NCBI GenBank assembly: GCA_964648295.1
Contig: CAZYNH010000001.1
Location: forward strand, 197,180 to 261,179
Reading direction: 5' to 3'
DNA length: 64,000 bases
Source of the DNA: an uncultured Bacteroidia bacterium
Lineage (GTDB): Bacteria; UBA4055
Shown: one piece after another, positions 49,351 through 58,690 of the stretch
How positions within the stretch are numbered: position 1 is the stretch's first letter
Layout of the letters: each line of letters starts with the position of its first letter
The notes under the pieces: generated by a model
What the model was told of the DNA's origin: nothing
What the model saw: only the letters and a program-made list of their open reading frames with translations
The model's database searches: none
Made by a program: the position numbers and the translations under genes

Positions 49351-50029
49351 TACAAAACAAGATTTCGAAAATCGAATGGAAGAAATAGAAAATTATTTTT
49401 TGTTCTTAACGATTTTTGATGAAGAAGAAACGAGATTGTATTATAAAATTGAGAATGAGTTTGTGAGGGAAAAAATTCAATTTCAATTTCAAACAACTTT
49501 ATTAGCTAACGGTTTTTTGATTTTATATAATTTAATTGAATCAACAATAAGAAATTCAATAATAGCTATTTATAAAAAAGTAAAGGCAGAAGAACTTAAT
49601 TACAAAGAGTTGTCCAATAATTTACAGAAGCTATGGATAAAACAAACAACAGACAATTTGAAAGAAGGTAATTATAGACCAGATACTCTCCGGCAATGTG
49701 TCTATAATCTTGTTGATGAAGTTTTAAAAAACGAAACAATAATGTTTTCAGAAGATAAAATGGATTTCTCTGGTAATCTTGATGCAGATAAAATCAGAGA
49801 CCTTGCTAATAAAATTGGATTTGAGACATCTCAAAATGGAAGAAATCTTGTAGAGATTAAAAATAAAAGGAATCGTCTTGCTCACGGTGAGCAGACTTTT
49901 TATGATGTTGGTAAAGATTTTTCAGTAAAAGAATTACATGATTTTAAAAAAGAAACTTTCAGTTATCTTTATGATGTTATAGATAAAATTGAGAGATATA
50001 TAAGAGATGAAAATTTTAAAAATAAATGA
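49343..50029 (+). CDS. HEPN-domain protein (MAE_28990/MAE_18760-like)
   Basis: The RNRLAHGE (Rx4HG) motif near the C-terminus. Overlaps the DUF262 stop by 8 nt. Confidence 0.65.
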   Translation: MDNTKQDFENRMEEIENYFLFLTIFDEEETRLYYKIENEFVREKIQFQFQTTLLANGFLILYNLIESTIRNSIIAIYKKVKAEELNYKELSNNLQKLWIKQTTDNLKEGNYRPDTLRQCVYNLVDEVLKNETIMFSEDKMDFSGNLDADKIRDLANKIGFETSQNGRNLVEIKNKRNRLAHGEQTFYDVGKDFSVKELHDFKKETFSYLYDVIDKIERYIRDENFKNK

Positions 50030-50236
50030 TTGTTTTGTATTTTTCTCATAGAAGATAATAATTTGAAATACTATAAAAACACCACCTACGCTCCCATTCG
50101 GGAATTCGGTGGTTCGGTTGTAATTTAAATAGAAAGTTCGTCAAAATCAATATTCAACTTCCCGTTTGACATCTCACTCTCTTTTGAGTAATTTACATCT
50201 GACGGATATTTAAAGTTTTAAAATAAGGAGTCGGCT

Positions 50237-50737
50237 ATGAAGGTCAGGTTTGTTTCTGTTATGCTTCTTGTTCTTTGCGGGGCGGTGCTGGCGCGGATCA
50301 ACGAGTCTTCGGATGATCTCAAGAAAAGGTACGGAGCGATAGTGCTCAAAGATCACGGCAGGGGCGATTATTATTATATGGACGGTTTTCTGGTGAACGC
50401 GATCATGAAGGACGGCAGGTCGGTGTATATCAGCTATCAGATGAAGGCTCCGGGACAGTACGAGGCTATTGTGAAACCGACGGCGTCGGGTGCTTCGACT
50501 ATCAAGACGTTTGTGGGTCTCCCGAACGTTCCTCTGGACGGTATGGACATCGAGGCTCTTCTGCTGATCAATCTGGGCAAGGACTTCGAAAGGGTGAGCG
50601 AAAGGTCGTCGGATACTGTGGATTACTACAGGAGCGGGAACGGTACTCTGGTTGCGGTATATTCCAGGGAGTCGCATATTTTAAGTATAGCGGATATCGT
50701 GAAATACCAGCTCTTTATGGAAAGCAGAAAGTTCTAG
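50237..50737 (+). CDS. secreted hypothetical protein (GC-rich relative to its neighbours)
   Basis: Strong SD (AAGGAG) and a signal peptide (MKVRFVSVMLLVLCGAVLA). The antisense ORF 50210..50677 is rejected. Confidence 0.6.
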   Translation: MKVRFVSVMLLVLCGAVLARINESSDDLKKRYGAIVLKDHGRGDYYYMDGFLVNAIMKDGRSVYISYQMKAPGQYEAIVKPTASGASTIKTFVGLPNVPLDGMDIEALLLINLGKDFERVSERSSDTVDYYRSGNGTLVAVYSRESHILSIADIVKYQLFMESRKF

Positions 50738-50766
50738 AATAAATCAGAAAAAATACCGGAAATGTT

Positions 50767-50793
50767 GAGGCGTGTCACGATATGACACGCCTC
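50767..50793. terminator. perfect 11-bp-arm inverted repeat GAGGCGTGTCA-cgata-TGACACGCCTC (terminator or operator)
   Basis: Read directly. Lies 30 nt after the 50737 stop and just upstream of the ORF6N gene. The following U-tract is weak (tgctgttatatt). Confidence 0.45.
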
Positions 50794-50803
50794 TGCTGTT
50801 ATA

Positions 50804-51724
50804 TTGCAGGAAAAGTGCAATTTGGAGAGCGGTATAATGGAAAAGAAAGAGATCGTTGAGTTTGATGAGAATGTGATCAGGGACAGGATATATTCGATCC
50901 GCGGATTTCAGGTGATGCTGGACAGAGATCTGGCGGAGCTCTACGGGGTGGATACAAGGGTATTAAAACAAGCAGTAAAAAGAAATGCGGATAAGTTCCC
51001 GTCTGATTTCATGTTTAGCCTGAATAATAAGGAAATCAGCTTTATGGTGTCACAAAATGTGATACCATCGAAACGATCGCTAGGAGGATCAATTCCGTTT
51101 GCTTTCACAGAACATGGCGTAGCAATGCTGTCAACTGTTCTTAAATCTTCAAAAGCTACAAAAATCAGTATATTGATTATACGCGCTTTCGTAACTATGC
51201 GTAGGTTTATTCAATCAAATGCTCGATTGTTTAGCAGGATAGACAATCTTGAACTGAAGCAGTCAGATACAGATAAAAAAATTGAAAAAATTCTCGGGGC
51301 AATGGAAAGTGTGGATCTTAAGCCGGTGCAGGGAATTTTCTTTGAAGGTCAGATATTCGATGCATACAATTTCATTTCAGATCTGTTCAGAGACGCGGAA
51401 AAGTCCATCCTTATCGTAGATAATTACATTGACGATTCTGTTCTGATTCATCTGACAAAGGTAAAAGCGGGTGTATCAGTCAGAATATTAACAAGATATG
51501 TGACGGATCAATTCAAGCTTGATGTAATGAAATTCGAGGCTCAGTACTTTCCGGTCGAGGTAAAAGTGTTTCCGCACTCGCACGACAGATTCATAATAAT
51601 TGACAGGCGCGATGTTTATCATGTAGGCGCATCTTTGAAAGATCTCGGCAAGAAGTGGGTCGGATTCTCTAAATTCGGTACGAAAGCCATAGACATTTTA
51701 GGCAGACTGGATGAGATTGATTAA
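50804..51724 (+). CDS. ORF6N (KilA-N-like) domain protein
   Basis: The N-terminal IYSIRGFQVMLDRDLAELYGV...LKQAVKRN...FPSDFMF ORF6N signature. Confidence 0.75.
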   Translation: MQEKCNLESGIMEKKEIVEFDENVIRDRIYSIRGFQVMLDRDLAELYGVDTRVLKQAVKRNADKFPSDFMFSLNNKEISFMVSQNVIPSKRSLGGSIPFAFTEHGVAMLSTVLKSSKATKISILIIRAFVTMRRFIQSNARLFSRIDNLELKQSDTDKKIEKILGAMESVDLKPVQGIFFEGQIFDAYNFISDLFRDAEKSILIVDNYIDDSVLIHLTKVKAGVSVRILTRYVTDQFKLDVMKFEAQYFPVEVKVFPHSHDRFIIIDRRDVYHVGASLKDLGKKWVGFSKFGTKAIDILGRLDEID

Positions 51725-51757
51725 AGTGGTCGATTTCGACCACTTTAATCAAATCGC

Positions 51758-52567
51758 TTATTTGAGCGGGATCTGGATCTCGGTGAGCCAGTCGGCGGGA
51801 TCTTCCTTGTTCCATATCCCGTCAATGAAAGATTCGCGGGGATTTCCGGCTATATCATGTTTATTTGATTCTATCCACTTCATGATCACCGCGTAGGAGT
51901 TCCCCAGCTTTTCATAAGGGCCCCTGTGATAAATGCAGGCGGCTTTCTCTGAACCTCCGATCTTTTTATAGACAAGTCCGTCGGCGTCAGGCAGTTTTTT
52001 GACTACAGCTTCGCAGATCTCGACATCAATGTCCTTTTCCTTATATTCGCCGTCGTGATAGATGTTAAAGCAGTAGGCCGGGACACTGCACACAGCCCCG
52101 TGACTCTCCATTTTCTTCCCCATTTCGGGTGCCATCGTAAAGAGGTAATTGTAGTCAGGTATCACCTTTCTGTATGTGGCGGCTATGATGTCGGGAAGTT
52201 TCTTTATCGTTACTTTTTCCATTTTAAGCTCCTTTTTGAGTTCGTTCTTCCATGTTTCCATCTTCTGGATGCTGCTTTTTTCCGACCGGATGCTTTCTTC
52301 GAGCAGTTTCTGTTTTTCCGAAAGCAGTGTGATGAGCTGGCCCGGAATGAGCCTGTCTTTCATTATCCGCGATATCTCCTCGAGCGAAAATCCCATGTCC
52401 TTTAATGACTGTATCTCCGATACGGCTGCAAGTTTTTCCGGCCGGTAAAATCTGTAACCGTTCTCCCGGCTGATCAGGTCGGGTTTTAAGAGATCTATCT
52501 CGTCATAGTAGCGCAGGGTCTTCACCGTCACTCTGCAGAGTTTTGAGAATTCGCCGATCTTAAGCAT
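51758..52567 (-). CDS. MerR family transcriptional regulator with a GyrI-like effector-binding domain
   Basis: MerR HTH (MLKIGEFSKLCRVTVKTLRYYDEIDLL), a coiled-coil linker and a C-terminal GyrI-like domain. Confidence 0.85.
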   Translation of the reverse strand: MLKIGEFSKLCRVTVKTLRYYDEIDLLKPDLISRENGYRFYRPEKLAAVSEIQSLKDMGFSLEEISRIMKDRLIPGQLITLLSEKQKLLEESIRSEKSSIQKMETWKNELKKELKMEKVTIKKLPDIIAATYRKVIPDYNYLFTMAPEMGKKMESHGAVCSVPAYCFNIYHDGEYKEKDIDVEICEAVVKKLPDADGLVYKKIGGSEKAACIYHRGPYEKLGNSYAVIMKWIESNKHDIAGNPRESFIDGIWNKEDPADWLTEIQIPLK

Positions 52568-52821
52568 TGTCCGTCTCCTTTTTGTAAGCTTACGGGGGTA
52601 AATATAAACATTCCCGCCGCGGGAGGGTCAAGTAAAAAAATAAAATACATCATTTGATCTTAATTCGGAAACTTAACTTCCTTAATTTAGCTAAATTTCG
52701 AATTCAAACTCAACCCGAAAAAGATCAAAGCTCCAAAGTCGTGGTCTGAAAACTATCCCGAAAGTGAATTCCTTAAGGTGAACAAAGATAACTATCTCGG
52801 GTTTTTAACATGAAAAAGAAA

Positions 52822-53598
52822 TTAAGACAGCTCTTTAATCTTCGGATCCTTTCCGCAAAGCGGGCATGAGCCGTTCTTTTCCAGGCTGACCGTATGGAAT
52901 CTCATTGTCATGGCATTGAACATGAGTATCCTGTTTACAAGCAGATCTCCGGTCCCGGCAAGATATTTGACCGCCTCGGTCGCCTGTATTGTGCCTATTA
53001 CCCCCGGCAGCGTATTAAGGACTCCCGCCTGCGAGCATGTGGGTACGGCTCCTTCCGGCGGCGGCTCAGGAAAAAGGCATCTTAAACATGCGGAACCTTT
53101 CGTGTAAGTAAAAGTCTGACCTTCAGCCCGTAAAACTCCGGCATGCGAAAAAGCCTTGCCGGCAAGGACGCATGCGTCATTTATGAGATATTTGGCGGCA
53201 AAATTATCCGTCGCGTCTATTACAAAATCGTATCCTGATATTATATCTGAGGCGTTTGAGGTGTTTAAAAACTCATTGTGCGTGATAATTTTGACATCGG
53301 GATTAATTTTCCTGATCTTTTCCGCCGCGGATTCGAGCTTCGGTCTTTCCAGATCGGGCGTAAAATGGATTATCTGCCGCTGAAGGTTGGTAATATCAAC
53401 TTTATCCGCATCAACAAGCCCGATAGTGCCTATTCCCGCCGCCGCTAGGTACAAAGCGTTCGGAGAACCCAGCCCGCCGCATCCGACGATAAGAACTTTG
53501 CTTTTAAGAAGTTTCATCTGGCCGTCACAGCCGATCTCTTCAAGGATGATATGCCGGCTGTATCTTTTCGCCTGTATTTCAGACAATTCCATGCTCAT
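52822..53598 (-). CDS. moeB: ThiF/MoeB family adenylyltransferase (molybdopterin-synthase adenylyltransferase-like)
   Basis: RYSRHIIL...G..GQ.KL, the GxGxxG motif VGCGGLGSP and a C-terminal CxxC pair. Confidence 0.85.
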   Translation of the reverse strand: MSMELSEIQAKRYSRHIILEEIGCDGQMKLLKSKVLIVGCGGLGSPNALYLAAAGIGTIGLVDADKVDITNLQRQIIHFTPDLERPKLESAAEKIRKINPDVKIITHNEFLNTSNASDIISGYDFVIDATDNFAAKYLINDACVLAGKAFSHAGVLRAEGQTFTYTKGSACLRCLFPEPPPEGAVPTCSQAGVLNTLPGVIGTIQATEAVKYLAGTGDLLVNRILMFNAMTMRFHTVSLEKNGSCPLCGKDPKIKELS

Positions 53599-53704
53599 CC
53601 CCTCTTATTTCCTGTAATATATTTATCAGGCTCCTGTTATGCAATATATTTAAAGTAAAAGGGCGGAAAAATTCCGCCCTCTTACCGTATATTGAACCTG
53701 TGGA

Positions 53705-54067
53705 TTATCTTTTGCAGCCGCCGCATCCGTGCATCATGGTCTTTGTTTTTTCTTTTTCAGGGGCTTTAGGTTCGGTTTTAGCTTCTTTAGATCCGCAGCC
53801 TTTTTTGCCTTCTCCGCAGCATTTGCCGTCCTTACACTCTTTGCAGCATTCGCATTTAGGGTCGCATTTATCGGTGGTTGCGCAGTCCTTGCAGATACAC
53901 TTTTCTTTGTCGCATTTTGCCGCGCAGTCCGCATGCATCTCTGCACATTTAGACTCAACTGTCACAGCGGCTTTTTCAATTTTTGTTTCCTGAGCGTAAA
54001 CTGCCGAAAATCCTGCAGCTGTCAGTATAGCCGCGGTCATTATTATCATAAGGTATTTAGAAGCCAT
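53705..54067 (-). CDS. secreted Cys-rich small protein (putative metal-binding)
   Basis: A signal peptide followed by about 20 Cys in CxxC/CC/CxC arrangements (CAAKC, CICKDC, CDPKCECCKECKDGKCCG, HGCGGCK). Confidence 0.6.
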   Translation of the reverse strand: MASKYLMIIMTAAILTAAGFSAVYAQETKIEKAAVTVESKCAEMHADCAAKCDKEKCICKDCATTDKCDPKCECCKECKDGKCCGEGKKGCGSKEAKTEPKAPEKEKTKTMMHGCGGCKR

Positions 54068-54603
54068 TTTATTTCCTCTTCTTTAGTTTTATTTTTCAGT
54101 AAACGTGTGTTTTTTTTTAAACTAAACTGAAAGGGGCGGAGCCCTGCCGGAAAAGATATCTGATTCAGAAACGAGATAATAAAGGTAAATTTCTTTTTCG
54201 AAGCCGTATTTTTTATCGGGAACTATGCAGAAAGAACATTTTACGGCGGTTTTTTCATAAACGGCATAGGTAAGGTTTATTTTTGTTTCTGTACGGGGAA
54301 CCGGCTCGGCTTCCGTTTTTACGGGGATCTGAAATCTGCAGTTACACGGTTCGATCTTTTGAGCGCTGCAGCACGAAGGCCTTATAGAATTAGCGGTTTC
54401 CGGTCCGACGCTGCGGCAGCAGGCCATTTCGCAGCCGGGCAGAAGGTTCTTTAACCCCAGATCCGCGGCCGAAATGAAAAGAAGTGTTAAAAATATGTAG
54501 AGAATCTTTTTAATTGTATTCTCCGTTTTTCTTTGAAATATATGATCTGCCGGCCGCGGGTGTTATGTTATATGTCATAAACCTGCCGAGGGGAACAAAA
54601 CGG

Positions 54604-55917
54604 TCAATCTTCATCTTCTTCCACAGCCGCCGATATCTCCGGGAACAGCGACCCGCTGCTGTCGTCCGGCGCTTCGAGCAGTGTAACTTCGCGGAGTTTC
54701 CTGTCAATAGCCTTCGAGCGCGTCGTTGATACCACCTCGAGCTGATCCAGGCCGGTCTGAATATTTTTCTTTGCTTTAGCCATCATATCGCCGAACTTGC
54801 CGAATTCTTTCTTTACTTCCGCCAAAGTCTTCCAGACCTCGCTCGAACGCTTTTCGATAGCCAGCGTCTTGAAACCCATCTGCAGGCTGTTCAGAAGCGC
54901 CGCCAGCGTGGAAGGCCCGGTCACGATCACTTTCGCGTCCCTCTGAAGCGTCTCTAAAAGGTTAGCGTTGCTGACCACTTCGGCGTAAATGCTCTCGAAC
55001 GGCAGGAACATGATCGCGAAATCCGTCGTTCCGGGCGGATCTATATATTTGTCGGATATGTCTTTAGCCATTTTCTTTATGGCGGTCTCCATTTCCTTCC
55101 TGGCGGCAAGAAGTTCAGCCGGGTCGGCCTTGTCGTTCGCGTCCACTATCTTCTCGTAAATATCCTTGGGGAACTTGGCGTCGACAGGAAGCCAGATATG
55201 CTTTCCGTCTTTTTCCTTTCCGGGCAGCTTTATCGCGAACTCGACAATGTCCGCGCTCCCGGCCTTCGTCTTCACGTTCGCCTCGTACTGTTCCGGCGCA
55301 AGTATCTGCTCTAAAAGCATCGACAGCTGTATCTCTCCTATGCCGCCTCTCATCTTGACGTTGCTGAGCACTTTCTTTAAACCCCCGACATCGGAAGCGA
55401 TGCTTTTCATTTCCCCGAGGCCCTCCTGGACCGCGATCAGCTGTTTGCCGACCGTTTCGAACGACTGGCTCAGCCTGTCGTTCAAAGTCTTCTGCAGCTT
55501 CTCGTCGACGGTCTTTCTCATCTCATCGAGCTGCTTGTTGTTGTCCGACCTTATATCTGAGAGGTGTTTTTCGATCTTGTCGCGGATGTCTTTAATATTG
55601 TCCGTCGTCTGTTTGGCGATATCGGACTGCAGCTTCGAATGGTCCTCGAACTTCTGTCTGAGCATCTCGTCCGTCCGCTTCGCGTTCGCCGTCAGCTCCT
55701 CCCTGCCGGTCTTGGAGAGCTCATTGAACTCCGCTCTGTTCCTGGCGAACTCGTCCTTTACGGATTTTTCCGTCCGCTCAAGGTCCGACCCGAACTTTAT
55801 CAGCTGTTCTTCGATCTTTTTGAGCCTTTCGCCGTCACCGGCGTTCTTTCTTGTAAGGAGCAGAACTATATTCACGACCGCGAGAACGGTCAGTATCGCA
55901 AGCAGTGTTTCGGTCAT
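54604..55917 (-). CDS. rmuC: DNA recombination protein RmuC
   Basis: An N-terminal TM helix, a long coiled coil and a C-terminal RmuC nuclease-like domain (FAIMFLPFESIYAEV). Confidence 0.85.
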   Translation of the reverse strand: MTETLLAILTVLAVVNIVLLLTRKNAGDGERLKKIEEQLIKFGSDLERTEKSVKDEFARNRAEFNELSKTGREELTANAKRTDEMLRQKFEDHSKLQSDIAKQTTDNIKDIRDKIEKHLSDIRSDNNKQLDEMRKTVDEKLQKTLNDRLSQSFETVGKQLIAVQEGLGEMKSIASDVGGLKKVLSNVKMRGGIGEIQLSMLLEQILAPEQYEANVKTKAGSADIVEFAIKLPGKEKDGKHIWLPVDAKFPKDIYEKIVDANDKADPAELLAARKEMETAIKKMAKDISDKYIDPPGTTDFAIMFLPFESIYAEVVSNANLLETLQRDAKVIVTGPSTLAALLNSLQMGFKTLAIEKRSSEVWKTLAEVKKEFGKFGDMMAKAKKNIQTGLDQLEVVSTTRSKAIDRKLREVTLLEAPDDSSGSLFPEISAAVEEDED

Positions 55918-56059
55918 TTTCAGCCTTCGTTCTTTTTTATGTGAAATTACGATTTATATAGAGCAAAGTCAAACCCATTCGGGGAAAATCGGCAATTAAA
56001 ACACGTGCATTTTCCGGCGAGGTTTCTTATATTTCCGCAACAAAATACGGGAGCTTGTA

Positions 56060-57925
56060 ATGCTGAACTCTATTCCTTATTTTCTGTCCGGCGACAAAAA
56101 GGGCAAAAAGGAGCTGTACGACTTTATCAGAAAACATCCGAACGTTAAGTTCGTTTCGCTTTCCGGCATAGATTTTCTGGGAAACGACGTTGACGAAAGG
56201 ATACCCGTCTCCTATTTTCTGAAGAACTACGACGACATCATGACCGGCGGGGTACAGACCGACGGGTCTTCCGTCAATCTTCCCGGCATAGCCACGATAT
56301 CGGACGCCAAGATAGACTTTATAGTCGATCCCGGCGCGAAATGGTTCATAGACTACAGCTTCGACGAGAGCATGTTCGGTCCGGAGCCTATCGGCACGAT
56401 AAGGATCCCGGTGTTTTTTAAACATCATGATAAGTTCTACTGCTCGAGATCTGTGCTGAAGAACACTCTGTCGCACGTTGAGAAGGATATCAGAAAGCTT
56501 TTGAAGGAAAATCCCGGCCTCCTGAAGAAGATGAAGATAAAATACTCAGACATCGAAAGCGTTTATTTCACGACCGGGACGGAGCTCGAGTTCTGGGTCA
56601 GGACCACCATGGACAAGGTGACCAGGGAGGAGCTCAGTTTGAGCCAGAAGCTGAAGGAGCACTACTGGAAAAGGGCGAAGGGGCAGGTGCGCAAATCTCT
56701 CGAAGAAGCTCTGATCATGCTCGAGAACTACGGGTTCGAGCCGGAAATGGGGCACAAGGAGGTAGGCGGCGTCAAGGGCAAGATAAGCAGGGACGGCAGG
56801 CTGTACGACGTCATGGAGCAGCTGGAGATAGACTGGAGGTTCTCCGACCCGGTTCAGTCCGCCGACAACGAGATATTCGCGCGTTACGTGATAAAGGAGA
56901 TTTTCAGGAAGAACGGGCTTGAGGCCATCTTCGTGGCTAAGCCGGTGGAAGGCGTGGCCGGGTCCGGCAAGCACATCCACGCGGGCATGGGAATAAAGTT
57001 AAAGAACGCGCGCAGGATCAATCTTTTCGCGCCTAACGAAAAACATTCGTTCCTGTCCTCTTGCGGTTACGGAGCGCTGATGGGGCTTCTGAAGAACTGG
57101 CCGGCGGTCAACCCGTTCGTGACAAGTTCCCACTCGGCCATAAAAAGGCTGCAGCCCGGGTTCGAAGCGCCCGTCTCGACCGTCGCGTCGCTGGGGCTTT
57201 CGCCGGATTCCCCGTCGAGGAACCGCACCGTCCTGGCCGGCCTCGTGAGATCGGACGATCCTCTCTCGGTGAGGTTCGAGGTGAGGGCACCCAATCCGCA
57301 TACGAACACATACCTCGCGGTCTCGTCCTTCTTTCTGGCGATGCTAGACGGGATGAGATACTCTATCGGGAAAACCGAGGCGGAGCTTTACAGGGAAATA
57401 ACGAAAAAACCCGGCGAAAGCGCGAAGTACCTTCATAAAGAAAGGCAGTATGTCTCCGAAGATAATATTTTCGACAGCTACACGGAAAAGGAAAGGGAAA
57501 AGCTCTTCGGCAGAACTCCCGGGACTGTCTGGGAGATAATCCAGATACTTAAAGAGAATACAGCTTTGTATAAAAATACCCCCCTCACCCCCGAGATACT
57601 TAATTCCTACTATCTGGGGTCATTGAGAAAATGGCTTATCGAGATAACCCAGAAAGAGTTCGTTTATATAAAGAACGATATCATCAATATGGTCAGATAT
57701 CAGGATAGGGAGAACGCTCTGGACAGGGAAAGATGGGAGAAGGCGGAAAAACTGATCCTGAAGATCGTAAAAGACGACAGGGGCCGCAAAAGCCTTATGA
57801 CGGGCATCGCGGAAAATATTGATTCGGGCGACTATGAGAATGTAAGCTCGGCCTTTCTTGATCTGAAAGAGAAATTCGCAGAGCTTCAGAAGAAGTATTC
57901 CGAGTACAGAAAGAACATTATTTAA
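56060..57925 (+). CDS. glutamine synthetase family protein (type III-like). GC-rich relative to flanking genes
   Basis: The GS ATP-binding signature AKPVEGVAGSGKHIHAGM. Confidence 0.6.
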   Translation: MLNSIPYFLSGDKKGKKELYDFIRKHPNVKFVSLSGIDFLGNDVDERIPVSYFLKNYDDIMTGGVQTDGSSVNLPGIATISDAKIDFIVDPGAKWFIDYSFDESMFGPEPIGTIRIPVFFKHHDKFYCSRSVLKNTLSHVEKDIRKLLKENPGLLKKMKIKYSDIESVYFTTGTELEFWVRTTMDKVTREELSLSQKLKEHYWKRAKGQVRKSLEEALIMLENYGFEPEMGHKEVGGVKGKISRDGRLYDVMEQLEIDWRFSDPVQSADNEIFARYVIKEIFRKNGLEAIFVAKPVEGVAGSGKHIHAGMGIKLKNARRINLFAPNEKHSFLSSCGYGALMGLLKNWPAVNPFVTSSHSAIKRLQPGFEAPVSTVASLGLSPDSPSRNRTVLAGLVRSDDPLSVRFEVRAPNPHTNTYLAVSSFFLAMLDGMRYSIGKTEAELYREITKKPGESAKYLHKERQYVSEDNIFDSYTEKEREKLFGRTPGTVWEIIQILKENTALYKNTPLTPEILNSYYLGSLRKWLIEITQKEFVYIKNDIINMVRYQDRENALDRERWEKAEKLILKIVKDDRGRKSLMTGIAENIDSGDYENVSSAFLDLKEKFAELQKKYSEYRKNII

Positions 57926-58039
57926 AAAAAGTTAAAAAAATTTAAAAAAAGTCTTGCAGGGTCATCATTTGACACGCCCTTTGTGTTATAATACCGTTGA
58001 AAGTTGAAAAAATGGTAAACTAACAAAAGGAGAAACACC

Positions 58040-58555
58040 ATGGAAAGACAACCCGCAAGCAACGCCGAAGTATATTCGGCAAACTTTTCGACCGGCAACA
58101 GAAGCTATTTCGTGAACATGCTGGAAGCAAAGAACAACACGAAGTACGTCAAGATCACCGAAAGCAGAAAAACTGATGACGGCAATTATCAGAAGAACAG
58201 GATAATGCTCTTCCAGGGAGACCTGTATAAGCTCGCCAAAGTTTTGAACAGCGCGATCGGAAAGATAAAAGACGGGAAAGAGCAGTCTGAAACCGCTCCT
58301 GCCGCGGAAGAGGCTGAAACCCCGGCATCAGAGAACTGCGAAACGACGCTCGGGCTGGACGGGGAAAACACTGAAGAACAGGGATCCGATCAGGATGCCT
58401 ATCCCAACTCCGGCAAAAAATGGACAAGAGAGGATGAGGAGAAACTCGAATTCCTCTATAAAGCCGGCAAAACGGTCGAAGACCTCACCGAGATATTCGG
58501 CAGGAAAAAAACAGGTATTGAGTCCCGTCTTCAGAAGCTGGGACTTAAAGACTGA
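58040..58555 (+). CDS. DUF3276 (PUR-alpha-like ssDNA/RNA-binding) family protein
   Basis: YSANFSTGNRSYFVNMLEAKNNTKYVKITE...IMLFQGDL resembles FCB-group DUF3276 proteins. Confidence 0.5.
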   Translation: MERQPASNAEVYSANFSTGNRSYFVNMLEAKNNTKYVKITESRKTDDGNYQKNRIMLFQGDLYKLAKVLNSAIGKIKDGKEQSETAPAAEEAETPASENCETTLGLDGENTEEQGSDQDAYPNSGKKWTREDEEKLEFLYKAGKTVEDLTEIFGRKKTGIESRLQKLGLKD

Positions 58556-58578
58556 AACCGCATTTCCTCTCCTCACAA

Positions 58579-58608
58579 AAAAGACCCCCGCGCGGGTCTT
58601 TTTTTTAT
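58579..58608 (+). terminator. rho-independent terminator
   Basis: aaagaccc-ccgcgc-gggtcttt followed by an 8-T run. Confidence 0.8.
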
Positions 58609-58690
58609 TTGTTTTATACTGTCGAAAAGACTATATTTCACTAACTGTTATATAGTTCCGGTATTCCGCATTAAACGGGGGGCAGGCGGG

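Noticed and set aside
50080-50140. tRNA-like fragment or att-site candidate (caccacctacgctcccattcgggaattcggtggttcggttg)
   Set aside because: It has a short ACCACC/GGTGGT stem and a GGTTCGG string. It lacks a complete cloverleaf and a CCA end, and no integrase is nearby.
50210-50677. 155-aa minus-strand ORF overlapping the GC-rich secreted-protein gene
   Set aside because: The plus-strand ORF has a strong SD and a signal peptide. The minus-strand ORF is an antisense artefact of the GC-rich codon usage.
52568-52821. GC hairpin tcccgccgcggga as a terminator for moeB
   Set aside because: The U-tract is on the wrong side for the minus-strand gene. It more likely lies within the merR promoter region, and its function is unclear.
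54122-54427. 101-aa Cys-containing ORF (MACCRSVG...)
   Set aside because: It is not rejected outright. It is not listed as a feature because the hydrophobic in-frame upstream segment lacks a canonical start codon, so the gene model is unresolved (see findings).
56027-57438. Cluster of overlapping ORFs on both strands inside the GS-like gene (56027-56476, 56546-56980, 56999-57301, 57061-57438)
   Set aside because: They arise from locally high GC content. The plus-strand GS-family ORF has the diagnostic ATP-binding signature.
57926-58039. sigma70-like promoter upstream of the DUF3276 gene (TTGACA ... TATAAT)
   Set aside because: The spacer is about 13 nt, which is too short. Promoter consensus for this lineage is unknown, so no call was made.
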